Origin: Obrimoposthia wandeli
Lineage: Eukaryota
Length of the DNA: 64,000 bases
Assembly (NCBI GenBank): GCA_977020255.1
Contig: CDROCS010003952.1
Location: forward strand, 124,001 to 188,000
Direction: 5' to 3'
The number at the start of each line of letters is the position of its first letter. Position 1 is the first letter of the stretch. Below the pieces are notes generated by a model. The model saw only the letters and a list, made by a program, of their open reading frames with translations, ran no database searches and was not told the origin of the DNA. This document shows, piece after piece, positions 19,001 to 28,290 of this stretch. Made by a program: the position numbers and the translations under genes.

Positions 19001-19205
19001 ATTAGCACCTGTAGATCGCGTGGTGTTCCGTAACAGCAATGTTGAAAAATCGAGTACAACGCTTTGTTATGTTAGTGCTGATGCGCGGAATAGTAGTCAG
19101 AAGTGCTACAACATGAGTACTGATAAGACTTCTGATGTTGGTAGAATCAAGAATCCTTGGGGTTCGAGGATGTGGTATGTTTATCGTTTAATTACGTCTG
19201 ATTAA
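16008..19205 (+). CDS. Large outer-membrane lipoprotein adhesin: 3 beta-sandwich repeats, helical stalk, DUF1566 (Lcl/CLec-like) domains
   Basis: Lipobox LLTGC; three ~85-aa repeats (FGW...YE...W...QVRVKA); DUF1566-like motifs FCNIPNWSL, LCGRNNWSLPSKKQL, LCNKNNWQVPSLAEL; 8 non-lipobox Cys. Confidence 0.8.
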   Translation: MLLGVNKSLLAFTVISGSLLTGCNEASPDQKSTNPTQKVVKPDAPVGPIVNDDLDQFGWSWSRNFSDKQFYEIKIPNQPWSNVNGNPHQLVVDGVYAVGDIQIRVKADSSSNRAASDVLVNAAIYTADSAIKRPKSPTNPVQNDSLNTFGWDLVTGFNDVSEYEYSLTGGVDWTTVASKPLNVGDVDIDAGHVQVRVKANPAVGTLAGSILISSQAFTAGVPVVIAAPTSPDIVNKYIGSYNEVKTNGFSWDWVTNSNTKVTYDEPEYYEFTNDGGTTWQAATYKPQHIGPKAYDKTQVGVRIKKNAIANQVNPVGEILFATAASEKFYVTRVVSMKTWNQAQDLTSSGNWSKAKDDGCYIEYDVNGENPQFWAYAGKNSSANKVSALLTTEFCNIPNWSLLDSTEMKAKTLVDSSYISSTFSRYLITNSTSYGIAYWAVEKTGDAKIWKKIQAGKEITNASAKVILNWTLPDTATIVTESASTDADIKALVSLQNGNWQTTSTDLIAVINKIAALAGQSLTPLLSDVTAAEGKAKAVFDLLTLALVEYQKKFDVLTLYSTMLESDSSIDNALKATINANIASAKVAFINLTALHTTFKSALKVTPALTALIKLTDQNTSANTAKDALIAANDGADIHAKSLDLFAAAAAITDFINANIKLTTDLNKAINELPTVNNSGLISALDKLLIMFSNLPIAADVKALDDHALAGLKRAADAGYKALAADAVIGTHFAKLDINGDYLPSTTTYAQGWRCVMDNRDPIRKRIWTLLKDGLPNGADDLAFDASGAGIASVMGVGGLVESTKIAQLCGRNNWSLPSKKQLISLETGVIKSYATIDVDVFPNHLAFKPEYDINDWLSGALPATKFWYWTAEKRSSEQITYHYKTANNDSSTGSESTQGDEDEVVLGRLVSEIELSYQLLDSAGVETSNVDDAVCAYQPETKKTWQLFDTADLAKRAKYYGNTSADADTVLAEVARINNVRLCNKNNWQVPSLAELELLAPVDRVVFRNSNVEKSSTTLCYVSADARNSSQKCYNMSTDKTSDVGRIKNPWGSRMWYVYRLITSD

Positions 19206-19230
19206 TTCGGTATTTACCTGTTTATTATAA

Positions 19231-19254
19231 GGCAGTTAATGGAGATTAACTGCC
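19231..19254. other. Perfect hairpin between the lipoprotein gene and flp, no U-tract
   Basis: GGCAGTTAAT-GGAG-ATTAACTGCC followed by AAAACA. Confidence 0.7.
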
Positions 19255-19289
19255 AAAACACTCAACAATAACAATAATAGAGATGAAAA

Positions 19290-19469
19290 ATGAAAAACAA
19301 CAAACAAAAACAATGTGGTGCTGCAGCAATTGAATATGCCATTTTAGCGGCTGCAATGTCACTTATTATGCTGCAATTTTTTGGTTCTGACGGCAAGCTT
19401 TCGAATGCGATTGAGCAGACCTATGAGTCTGTCATTGAGAAACTGGATACAGTTAAAGCTGATAAATAA
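19290..19469 (+). CDS. flp: Flp (type IVc) major pilin, 59 aa
   Basis: Missed by the ORF track. MKNNKQKQCG|AAAIEYAILAAAMSLIMLQFFGSDGKLSNAIEQTYESVIEKLDTVKADK has the G|xxxxEY class III signal and sits first in the tad locus. Confidence 0.93.
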   Translation: MKNNKQKQCGAAAIEYAILAAAMSLIMLQFFGSDGKLSNAIEQTYESVIEKLDTVKADK

Positions 19470-19524
19470 TAAACATTAACTCAGATAATATACGGTTTCG
19501 GCCGTATTAATAGAAGTAACAATT

Positions 19525-20391
19525 ATGCATGCAAAACGTTTAGTTTATCTGTCTGTTTGTACGTCTTTACTTGGGTTGATTTGGCTATTTTTCAGCTTGT
19601 CAGCACCAGTGAAAAGCACGTCTAAACAGGATCTGGTTAAGAATTATGAAGTACTTGTTACCACGCAGGATATCACTATTGGTCGTCCTTATAGTGCCTC
19701 GTTATTTGCCTGGAAAACGGTAAATGAACAGGATGTTAGTTCCCGTATTGATTTTATTGATAAAGCCACATTTTTAATCTCGACATTAAAAAATACCGTG
19801 GCTGCGGATGATTTTGTCGCAGGACAAATATTAAGCCCGTCAGATTTTTTGAAACCTGAACAAGGTGGCTTTTTGTCAGTCATGCTACGTCCCAGTTATC
19901 GCGCAGTTTCAGTACCTGTTGATCAAGTAACGGCTAACTCTGGCTTAATTGGTCCTGGAGATCATGTTGATGTATTACTGCTGGCATCAAAAGAGCAAGA
20001 ACTTCGCTCTCGTGGTAATGAAACCCAAAGTTTATACGTTAAAACTATCGCACAGAACGTCCGAGTGTTGGCATTTAATGACGCCTTACAGCTTACGCGT
20101 TATATGGAAAAGCAAAAAAACAATAAAGGCGTACTTCCAGATAACAGTACCGTGACGTTAGAGGTGTCACCGAGACAAGCAAATCAAATTACGTTAGCCA
20201 ATCAACTGGGTACATTGTCGATGGTCTTACGCAGTAAAAACAATTTAGATACAGATAATGCGGTAATCGCAGCTATCAATGTCGATGATATTTTACCTGC
20301 AATTAAACAAGTCCAACCGGATATTGGTTTAGTTGAATTTCGCGCTAAAGAAAAACGAGTGATGAGTAATGCAGGAAACGAAAATGATTAA
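19525..20391 (+). CDS. cpaB: Flp pilus assembly protein CpaB/RcpC
   Basis: N-terminal TM, SAF domain, YRAVSVPVDQVTANSGLIGPGDHVDVLL, TVTLEVSP. Confidence 0.92.
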   Translation: MHAKRLVYLSVCTSLLGLIWLFFSLSAPVKSTSKQDLVKNYEVLVTTQDITIGRPYSASLFAWKTVNEQDVSSRIDFIDKATFLISTLKNTVAADDFVAGQILSPSDFLKPEQGGFLSVMLRPSYRAVSVPVDQVTANSGLIGPGDHVDVLLLASKEQELRSRGNETQSLYVKTIAQNVRVLAFNDALQLTRYMEKQKNNKGVLPDNSTVTLEVSPRQANQITLANQLGTLSMVLRSKNNLDTDNAVIAAINVDDILPAIKQVQPDIGLVEFRAKEKRVMSNAGNEND

Positions 20392-21781
20392 ACAATTAGT
20401 GAGCGCATTGTCGTTATTACTACTGAGCACAGTATTACAAGCGCAGACTTTGGATGTGGTATTAAACAAAGCGCGATTAGTGGTGCTGCCAAGTACAGCC
20501 AAGTCTATTTTCATTGCGAGTAGTGGTATTGCCGATTACCAAACTTTAACTAATACCAAGATCATGGTGTTCGGTAAAAAAACAGGAAGTACATCTTTGT
20601 ATGTACTGGATGCTAAAGAAAACGTTATTTATTCAGCAACAGTGAAGGTTAATCATAATGTCACAGAGCTTAACGATCTCATTCATGATGAATTTCCTGA
20701 TGCATTATTTAACGCCGAATCAACCGCCGGTAAGTTGTTTTTAAAAGGGCAAGTTCCGACAGCCAGCATGGCAGAAAAGATAGTTCGTTTATCTGAAGGT
20801 TATGTCTCTGCGTTAGCAACATCAAGTGAGGTTCCACAAGGTGCTAGTGCGGAAGGGGGGGCAGCTGCTGCCGCTCCAGTCGCTAAAACGGATGACGATG
20901 AATTGATCAATCAATTACAAGTCACCATGCCAAATCAAGTTAATTTGCGTATTCGTATTGCCGAGGTTTCTCGTAAAGTGTCTAACAAACTGGGCATTAA
21001 ATGGGGTTCACAAGGTTTTGGTACTGGTACATTTGCTTTTTTAGATAATTACGGCGGCAAACTTGGTGGTATGAACCCTGCAGGTTGGGCTGATCTGTCG
21101 GTCATTGTTGATGCATTGGCAACTAACGGCATGATGTCGGTGCTCGCAGAACCTAATTTAACCGCGATGAGTGGTGAAGAAGCTTCGTTTCTTGTTGGTG
21201 GCGAGATCCCGCTACCTTTGGTCTATAACGACACTGCATCAGTTGAGTATAAACAGTTTGGTGTGAAGCTTGATTTTAAACCGACGGTATTAAGTGCTAA
21301 CCAAATTAGCCTGCAAGTATTTTCTGAAGTCAGCACTGTCTCTTCGGAAACAAGTGTGCAAATTGGCGGGCAGGGAGGCAGTTCTTCATTCCCTACGTTT
21401 GTGACGCGCCGCGCTGCGACGACGGTAGAACTGGCCAGTGGTCAAAGCTTTGCACTAGGTGGTTTATTACAATCAAAAGATATTGAGCAGTTACAAAAAA
21501 TGCCACTGTTGGGTGATATTCCAGTACTTGGTGCGCTATTCCGTTCAACCGAATTTCAACGTGAAGAAACGGAACTCATTATTATTGCGACGGCTTATTT
21601 AGTGCAACCGACTCGTTCTGACACATTCGCGTTGCCAACAGACGGTTTGATCCCGATGAGTGATGTTGAACGGTTATTAGCGTGGCCAATAGACAAACAA
21701 ACAACAAGTTCAACAGCAAATGAAGATCGTACTGACAATCGCCAACCGCGACTGCTTGGCGATAACGGATTTTATTACTGA
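20384..21781 (+). CDS. cpaC: Tad secretin CpaC/RcpA
   Basis: Signal peptide from ATG 20384, QVNLRIRIAEVSR, LAEPNLTAMSGEEASFLVGGEIP, KMPLLGDIPVLGALFRS. Confidence 0.95.
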   Translation: MIKQLVSALSLLLLSTVLQAQTLDVVLNKARLVVLPSTAKSIFIASSGIADYQTLTNTKIMVFGKKTGSTSLYVLDAKENVIYSATVKVNHNVTELNDLIHDEFPDALFNAESTAGKLFLKGQVPTASMAEKIVRLSEGYVSALATSSEVPQGASAEGGAAAAAPVAKTDDDELINQLQVTMPNQVNLRIRIAEVSRKVSNKLGIKWGSQGFGTGTFAFLDNYGGKLGGMNPAGWADLSVIVDALATNGMMSVLAEPNLTAMSGEEASFLVGGEIPLPLVYNDTASVEYKQFGVKLDFKPTVLSANQISLQVFSEVSTVSSETSVQIGGQGGSSSFPTFVTRRAATTVELASGQSFALGGLLQSKDIEQLQKMPLLGDIPVLGALFRSTEFQREETELIIIATAYLVQPTRSDTFALPTDGLIPMSDVERLLAWPIDKQTTSSTANEDRTDNRQPRLLGDNGFYY

Positions 21782-21788
21782 GGTAGTT

Positions 21789-22418
21789 ATGCGGATATTT
21801 TCGATATTAATAATGTGTGGTTTGTTGAGTGCCTGTGCAATTGATTCTGTACAGCGCCAACCAGAAGTTCAAGTAGAAGCAGTTACTCACAAAATAGCGT
21901 TACAACTGGATCAAAAGGGATTATCACAAAGTGATCAAGCCGCGTTGAGTGAATTTATTTATCAACGTGGTGATTCGTCAGCGTTGCGCATAAAAATAGC
22001 CACTTATAACAACAAAGGGGTGAGAGCTATACCTGCATTAACGGCATTATTAAAACAGGCTGGTGTGTATCCATCTCAGGTAACGAGCGAAGCGGGTGAA
22101 ACATCGACGGTAGCGGATGTCGCCTTATTCGTTGAATCTTATCGTAGCCTTGTACCGAATTGTGTGGCAGGGAAGCAGAAACACAGTGTGTTAAATGAAT
22201 TCAAATCGAGTTCTAATTTTGGTTGCGCCAATGCGAGTGCTTTAGCGCAAATGGTTGCAACACCAAGAGATCTTGCTGTTGGGCGTACGCTCGATGCAAC
22301 AGAGGGCCGTAAAGCTGTATCAAGAGTGGATACTTATTATCAGCCAACGACTAGCAACAGCGAACAAGCAGATAAAAATAACAGCAGTAGTATTTCGTCT
22401 AGCTTAGGAGGGCTGTAA
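21789..22418 (+). CDS. cpaD: Pilus lipoprotein CpaD/RcpB
   Basis: GAGGT RBS, lipobox LLSAC, PNC...NFGCANASALAQMVATPRDL. Confidence 0.85.
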   Translation: MRIFSILIMCGLLSACAIDSVQRQPEVQVEAVTHKIALQLDQKGLSQSDQAALSEFIYQRGDSSALRIKIATYNNKGVRAIPALTALLKQAGVYPSQVTSEAGETSTVADVALFVESYRSLVPNCVAGKQKHSVLNEFKSSSNFGCANASALAQMVATPRDLAVGRTLDATEGRKAVSRVDTYYQPTTSNSEQADKNNSSSISSSLGGL

Positions 22419-22420
22419 TA

Positions 22421-23239
22421 ATGCAAGCGTCTAATCCAATCGCGAATGATCATGTAAAGCGTCATAAGATCGCAGTCGTGAGTGCCAAAGGTGGCGCTGG
22501 TACAACCTCGTTAATCGCCAATATTGCGTGGGGTTTATCTCAATTGAGTCAGACCAGAGTCGCTTGTGCAGATCTTGATTTTTTGACAGGTGATTTAGAC
22601 TTACAATTCAGTGTACAAGCGAACAACGCATTGCTAGAAATGCTGCAATTTCCAGACCGTTTAGAGCCTGTTATCTATCAACGTAGCGGGGTTAAAGTTA
22701 ATGATGATTTATACCTATTTACCGGTTATGCATCTGGTTTTGAACTGCATTTTTGGCCTGATATTACAAGTATGGATAAAGTGTCTGATTTTTGCCTTGA
22801 ACAAGCAAACCATGTGATTTGGGATATTCCTGCATTCTGTTTACGCGATAAAGTGGGCTTTGAAACGTTAAATCGCAGTGATATTCGCGTGGTGATTGTT
22901 GAACCTACATTGGCATCTATCCGCAGTACCAACCAGCTATTGACGAAATTAGCATCTACAGGCGCATTAGATACTCGCACGATAGTGGTACTTAATCACA
23001 CCAAACCCGAAGCACAATCTTTAATTACGGCTAATGATGTTGCGGCGACTTTGGACCGTAAATTGGATGTTGAAATCCCGTATTCTCCAGAGGATATGCG
23101 GACAGGTAATGCGCTCGGTTTATTGGCTATTAATCAAAAAAGTCGCAGTGCAAAAGCATTGAAAAAATTGGTTGCTGTTATTAGTGGTGAATCAAAAGTA
23201 TCAAAGCCTAGTGTGTTTAGCTGGCGTAAGGGGGCGTAA
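22421..23239 (+). CDS. tadZ: MinD-like pilus localisation protein TadZ/CpaE (no receiver domain)
   Basis: Deviant Walker A SAKGGAGTTS, ADLDFLTGD, VEPTLASIR; position in the locus. Confidence 0.85.
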   Translation: MQASNPIANDHVKRHKIAVVSAKGGAGTTSLIANIAWGLSQLSQTRVACADLDFLTGDLDLQFSVQANNALLEMLQFPDRLEPVIYQRSGVKVNDDLYLFTGYASGFELHFWPDITSMDKVSDFCLEQANHVIWDIPAFCLRDKVGFETLNRSDIRVVIVEPTLASIRSTNQLLTKLASTGALDTRTIVVLNHTKPEAQSLITANDVAATLDRKLDVEIPYSPEDMRTGNALGLLAINQKSRSAKALKKLVAVISGESKVSKPSVFSWRKGA

Positions 23240-24594
23240 TGTTTGGAACTAATACAGTCACACCGACGCCAACAGAGTCATTACTGACATTATCTGTATC
23301 CACAGATGTTGCGGACGTAACACCTAGCAATAATGTTGAAGAGCAACGTTTTCGTGTTATCCAACAAGAGATAATGGCGATTATTGCTCCTGCTGTCGTT
23401 GTCACGCTGACGCCTGAAGAACTTGAAGTTCGCACGTTTGAAGCCGTCGGTGATATTGCTGCTCGTCAGCAATTTCCAATTGGGGGGACTGAGCAGCGTA
23501 ATATCAGCCAGCGCCTTGTTGATGAAATGTTGGGGTTGGGGCCTTTACAGGTGTTAATGGATGATCCTGAGATAACAGACATCATGGTTAATGGTCATAC
23601 CGAGGTATTCGTTGAATATCGCGGTAAGGTCAAGCGCGCTGATGTTCGCTTTCGCGATGAAGAACATGTATTGAATTTAGCGCGCCGAATAGTAAGCCGT
23701 ATCGGTCGCCGTGTGGATGAAACAACGCCGATGGTTGATGCGCGTTTACCCAATGGCAGCCGTGTGAATGTGCTTATTCCACCATTGGCATTAAATGGTA
23801 CGTGTATTTCTATCCGTAAATTTAATGAGCAAAAACATAGCTTGCAGCAACTTGCTGCGCTCGGGGCTATGTCGTCTGATATGGCGGATGTGTTGAATAT
23901 TATTGCTCGTTCTCGAGTTAATGTATTGATTTCGGGTGGTACAGGTGCCGGTAAAACGACATTACTGAATGCGTTGTCGTTTGGTATTTCCCCCGACGAA
24001 CGCATCATTACGATTGAAGATGCTGCAGAATTAAAGTTACAGCAACCGCACGTGGTGAGTATTGAGACAAGGCCTGCCAATGTCGAAGGCGCTGCAGCCA
24101 TTGGTCAGCGAGAATTGTTACGTAATGCATTACGGATGCGTCCTGACCGAATTATTTTAGGTGAAGTCCGTGGCGCTGAAGCGTTTGATATGATGCAGGC
24201 AATGAATACTGGTCATGATGGTTCTATGTCAACGCTGCATGCTAATACGCCGCACGATGCGTTAATCCGTTTAGAGAACATGTTGTTAATGGCAGAGGTT
24301 AATTTACCTGTGTCTGCTTTACGCCGCCAAATCGCTAGCACTTTGGATGTGGTTGTACAAGTGGAACGTATGCGAGACGGTAAACGTCGAGTGGTAAATA
24401 TTACCGAAGTAGTCGGCCTCGAAGGCGATCAATACCTTACTCATGATTTGTTCCATTTTGATTATCAGAAAATGGACGTTAATGGCGATCTTGTTGGTGA
24501 GTTTCTATCCACGAAAATCTTGCCGCGTTTTAATGAAAAGGCGCGTTACTACCAACTTGAATCTCAGTTGAAACAAGCCATGGGAGTGCGATGA
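23239..24594 (+). CDS. tadA: Pilus assembly ATPase TadA/CpaF
   Basis: [48 protein letters not shown]. Confidence 0.97.
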   Translation: MFGTNTVTPTPTESLLTLSVSTDVADVTPSNNVEEQRFRVIQQEIMAIIAPAVVVTLTPEELEVRTFEAVGDIAARQQFPIGGTEQRNISQRLVDEMLGLGPLQVLMDDPEITDIMVNGHTEVFVEYRGKVKRADVRFRDEEHVLNLARRIVSRIGRRVDETTPMVDARLPNGSRVNVLIPPLALNGTCISIRKFNEQKHSLQQLAALGAMSSDMADVLNIIARSRVNVLISGGTGAGKTTLLNALSFGISPDERIITIEDAAELKLQQPHVVSIETRPANVEGAAAIGQRELLRNALRMRPDRIILGEVRGAEAFDMMQAMNTGHDGSMSTLHANTPHDALIRLENMLLMAEVNLPVSALRRQIASTLDVVVQVERMRDGKRRVVNITEVVGLEGDQYLTHDLFHFDYQKMDVNGDLVGEFLSTKILPRFNEKARYYQLESQLKQAMGVR

Positions 24595-25526
24595 TGTCAG
24601 TCATGGTGACAGGCCTGTTGTTATTGATTATGTTTGTGTTTAGTAGTTATAAAGCCTTACAGCATCAGCGTCAACGACAGGTATTAAAGCGTCGGTTAAG
24701 CTCGATATCAGCAGTGAATAGTACAGATAGTAAAGCGACGTCAACTTTATTTCATTGGGCGCAAAAAACGAGCCCTTTATTACAATATGGTCACGATCTG
24801 AAAGCGCGTATCGACGCCTTATTTAACCGTAAAGCTAAGCGTGTTCTACAATTATTGTTAGCAATTTTGGCTGTTGTTGTCTGGTTTACGTTATCTTTTT
24901 TTACGCCATTAATGAGAATGATGATTATTGCGATTATCATATTATCGGTATTGGCTGTGAGCTATTGGATCATGACTGTGCGTCAACATAGTGAATTTAA
25001 TGCTGGTTTCACGCAAGTATTAGGTCAAATGTCACGGGCTGTGTCGGCAGGTATTTCAGTGCCGCAAGCTATCGCTCAAATAGCGGATTATCAACAAGGG
25101 ATATTGGGTCGCGAGTTTGGTTTGATCCGCGATAAATTAGAGATTGGTATAGGCCTAAAGCAAGCGCTAAACCAGGCCCGTATTCGTTTGCCTTATGTGA
25201 GTTTTCATTTCTTTAGTGTGGCATTAATTTTGAACGAAGAGAATGGTGGTCAGCTGCGAGAGGTATTACATAGTTTGAGTCGAACAGTGCATGACAACTC
25301 CGCTATTAAGATGAAGATCAGAAGTTTAACTGCCGAACCGCGCATGACGGCCGCAATTTTAGCAAGCTTGCCGGTCGTCCTTATCTCGGTGATGTTCTTT
25401 AAAAATCCCAGTGCATTTATTACGTTAACTCAAAACCCTAGCGGGCATTTAGTCTTAGGTTATGTGTTTACCAGTATGGCGCTTGGTTTTGCGATTATTC
25501 ATTTGTTAACGAAGGTGAGAGCTTAA
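24591..25526 (+). CDS. tadB: Inner-membrane platform protein TadB
   Basis: T2SS-F-like MSRAVSAGISVPQA, EENGGQL, SLTAEPRMTA. Confidence 0.92.
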   Translation: MMSVMVTGLLLLIMFVFSSYKALQHQRQRQVLKRRLSSISAVNSTDSKATSTLFHWAQKTSPLLQYGHDLKARIDALFNRKAKRVLQLLLAILAVVVWFTLSFFTPLMRMMIIAIIILSVLAVSYWIMTVRQHSEFNAGFTQVLGQMSRAVSAGISVPQAIAQIADYQQGILGREFGLIRDKLEIGIGLKQALNQARIRLPYVSFHFFSVALILNEENGGQLREVLHSLSRTVHDNSAIKMKIRSLTAEPRMTAAILASLPVVLISVMFFKNPSAFITLTQNPSGHLVLGYVFTSMALGFAIIHLLTKVRA

Positions 25527-26416
25527 TGTCTTTATCTTTATGGATTGCCGTTACTTTGCTTATTACTGGCGCGGTCATGGCACTGTTATTTAGTGCGCCA
25601 GCACAGCGCCGTGAGCAGTTATTAAAGCGACTGCTATTAGTATCGGCATCGGCACCGCAGAAATACCGACCTCTTAGTCTCAGTAAATCATCGTCAAAAA
25701 TTGGCTGGTTACGCCGTTTAACTGTCGCGCCTGATATTAGCGCATTATTGGTTAAAGCTGGGTTTCATGGTTCAAGAGCAAGCGCTACGTTTTTATTGTG
25801 CAAATTAAGCTTAATGCTGATTAGTGCGATGGCGTGGCAATGGTATGTCGATTTTGATACCGATAAATTCGTCATGGCTAAGACTATTATCTTTGCTATT
25901 TCTGGCGGACTTGTTGCTGAACAATGGTTGAAATGGCGCGCTCGCACGGTTAATTACCGTATTGCGCTAGCGTTGCCTGATGCGCTTGATTTAATGGTTA
26001 TCTGTGTCGAATCAGGTTTAACCTTGGAAGCCGTATTTCAACGTGTTGGCCGTGAAATGGCTGCAGTTACTCCTGAGTTATCACGTGAATGGTTAATCAC
26101 TGAAGCGGAGTTACGTTTATTGGACTCTCGTATTACGGCATTAAATAACTTGGCAGAGAGAACGGGTTTAGTGGAAGTTGAAAACATGGTTATCGCCTTA
26201 TCTCAAGCTGAAAAATATGGCAGTAAGATAGCGCCAACGATGCGTTTAATCGCCAGTGACAGCCGTCAATATCAATATTTACGTCTAGAAGAGAGAGTCG
26301 GTAAGATCCCCGCGAAAATGTCATTACCTGTGGTGGTATTAATCATGCTGCCTGTAGTCGTCCTGATTGTTTCACCAACGATCATCGCATTATTAGATAG
26401 CCTTGGAGGTATGTGA
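25526..26416 (+). CDS. tadC: Inner-membrane platform protein TadC
   Basis: LPDALDLMVICVESGL, QAEKYGS, KMSLPVVVLIMLP. Confidence 0.93.
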   Translation: MSLSLWIAVTLLITGAVMALLFSAPAQRREQLLKRLLLVSASAPQKYRPLSLSKSSSKIGWLRRLTVAPDISALLVKAGFHGSRASATFLLCKLSLMLISAMAWQWYVDFDTDKFVMAKTIIFAISGGLVAEQWLKWRARTVNYRIALALPDALDLMVICVESGLTLEAVFQRVGREMAAVTPELSREWLITEAELRLLDSRITALNNLAERTGLVEVENMVIALSQAEKYGSKIAPTMRLIASDSRQYQYLRLEERVGKIPAKMSLPVVVLIMLPVVVLIVSPTIIALLDSLGGM

Positions 26417-27222
26417 TGAAAAAGTCACTGGTGAAAGTGTTTATTATGTTTGGCTTGCTCATGTTATCTGGCTGTAGCACTAATCAATTAAGCCAAACCG
26501 AAGAAATGCACTCGGATCGTGACCTAGCAAAGTTGGCACTTGATAGTGGCCGACCAGACAGTGCGATCTCTATTTATCGTAAGCAACTTGATTTACAACC
26601 AAACGATACCGAGCTGTTGCTAGCGATAGGGACTGCTTACAACCAAATGTCTGAATTTGATTTAGCACTGCATTATCTTAATCAAGCACAAGCGTTGATG
26701 TTAACTGAGACTAATAAGTCATCTGTGATACATGGTCAAATATTACGTGAAAGAGGTAATGCACTGCAAGGTTTAGGTAACTTAGAGGGCGCTATTTTAG
26801 ATTTAAAAAAAGCGGCTGAATTATTACCTAAAGATGCTAAAGCATTAAACAGTTTAGGTATTAATTACGCCTTGTTTAAGGACTACCCTCAAGCAAGAAT
26901 CGCGTTCACAGGCGCGCTTGCTAATGCACCTGACAATTTAGAATACCGTAATAATTTAGCACTCGCTTGGATTTTAGATGGGCAACCACAGCAAGGTATC
27001 GATGTGCTTTATTCACATTACTTACGTGGTAGTTCGACGTCTAAAAGCCGTCAGAATTTGGCCTTGGCCTTTGCGATGAAGGGCGATGTCGAAGCTGCAG
27101 AAACCATTGCAAAACAAGATCTAACGAAAGCTGAATTAGAAAATAACCTTGCTTATTATCGGCAGCTTTATCAAGGCCTGTTACAGCAAGAACCGTTATT
27201 GACAGAGCAGATTAAACAATGA
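26413..27222 (+). CDS. tadD: TPR lipoprotein pilotin TadD
   Basis: Lipobox LSGC, TPR repeats, RNNLALAW, RQNLALA. Confidence 0.9.
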   Translation: MMKKSLVKVFIMFGLLMLSGCSTNQLSQTEEMHSDRDLAKLALDSGRPDSAISIYRKQLDLQPNDTELLLAIGTAYNQMSEFDLALHYLNQAQALMLTETNKSSVIHGQILRERGNALQGLGNLEGAILDLKKAAELLPKDAKALNSLGINYALFKDYPQARIAFTGALANAPDNLEYRNNLALAWILDGQPQQGIDVLYSHYLRGSSTSKSRQNLALAFAMKGDVEAAETIAKQDLTKAELENNLAYYRQLYQGLLQQEPLLTEQIKQ

Positions 27223-27689
27223 GTCTGTCTAACATGAGAAATCGTCAGCGAGGTGGCGTTAGTATTGAATTTGCAGTGACAATTGTGCCATTTTTTGTAT
27301 TGCTGTTGGGATTGATCGAAATTAGCCGCTTTATGATGGTGAGCAGTATGGCTGATGTGGCCTTAGCTTCTGCAACGCGAGAGTTAGTGGTGGATAATTC
27401 GCGTGAAGATTTAACCGCCAAATTACAATTAACCTTGTCAGAGCTGCAGTTACCATTATTGAATGGTAACGAGATTACTGTTCAAGCACATTATTTTACC
27501 AGTTTGGTGGCATTAGAAAATGATGATTTTGTAGGCACCTTTGGTGGAGAGAATTTCGCTGAATTTACCTTGTTGTATCCGTATGAAGCGCTATTTGTTG
27601 CAGGTTTTTCTGATAGCTTTGAGCGTTTATCAAACTTTAAACGCACGACGTTAGTGACTGTAGAGCGGAGTGCTAATTATGCGAACTAA
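27219..27689 (+). CDS. tadE: Pseudopilin TadE
   Basis: QRG|GVSIEF class III signal followed by a hydrophobic helix. Confidence 0.88.
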   Translation: MSLSNMRNRQRGGVSIEFAVTIVPFFVLLLGLIEISRFMMVSSMADVALASATRELVVDNSREDLTAKLQLTLSELQLPLLNGNEITVQAHYFTSLVALENDDFVGTFGGENFAEFTLLYPYEALFVAGFSDSFERLSNFKRTTLVTVERSANYAN

Positions 27690-28290
27690 ACGCAGCCCGT
27701 ATACAGCTCAACGCGGTAGTAGTGTCATCGAGTTCCCTATCATTACATTAGTGATGGTTATCCTTGTTTTATTTGTCATAAAGATAAATCAAGGGATCAA
27801 CCACAAGAACCAACTTAATGCGTTAGCTTATTCACTGACATCAATTGTGGCTTGTGCTGAATGTGATAATGGCATGAATAAGCCAGCTTCAAGTCCTGTT
27901 ACTCCAGGTGTCATTCCGGACCTAGTAGCGGATTCATTATTCCAAGTTGCACAGCGGCATTTCAACGATTTAATTGTTGAATCGTCAGCTGATATTGGGC
28001 TTCAAGTTGAAAGGCTGGTCTTTGATCCTTCAACCAAAAACTCAAAACCGTACTCTTTAAATAGAGGGGTAGAATGTGACGCAGCTACGTCATTATCATC
28101 ATTAGAGGATTTATCACCCTTAGGGAAAAGGTCGGGCATAAATGCTGGACAGCAGGCTGAATTATTTCAAGTCACCCTGTGTATTAAGGGTGTCGAGAGC
28201 TTTGGTAATGGTATTACCCCTTTATTTATACGTAACTTCAGTGACCGTTATTATCAAAGCTCGGCGTTATTAATAGGGCGTAAAATATGA
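27670..28290 (+). CDS. tadF: Pseudopilin TadF
   Basis: QRG|SSVIEF class III signal; 4 Cys. Confidence 0.85.
   Translation: MLIMRTKRSPYTAQRGSSVIEFPIITLVMVILVLFVIKINQGINHKNQLNALAYSLTSIVACAECDNGMNKPASSPVTPGVIPDLVADSLFQVAQRHFNDLIVESSADIGLQVERLVFDPSTKNSKPYSLNRGVECDAATSLSSLEDLSPLGKRSGINAGQQAELFQVTLCIKGVESFGNGITPLFIRNFSDRYYQSSALLIGRKI

Noticed and set aside
16008-19205. DUF1566/CLec protein as a diversity-generating retroelement target
   Set aside because: No reverse transcriptase, Avd or adenine-variant template repeat of the C-terminus was seen in the window.
21720-21788. Upstream ORF-track starts for cpaD (also 20369, 31916, 37568, 40802, 45296)
   Set aside because: Downstream ATGs have better RBSs and give proper signal peptides or domain starts.
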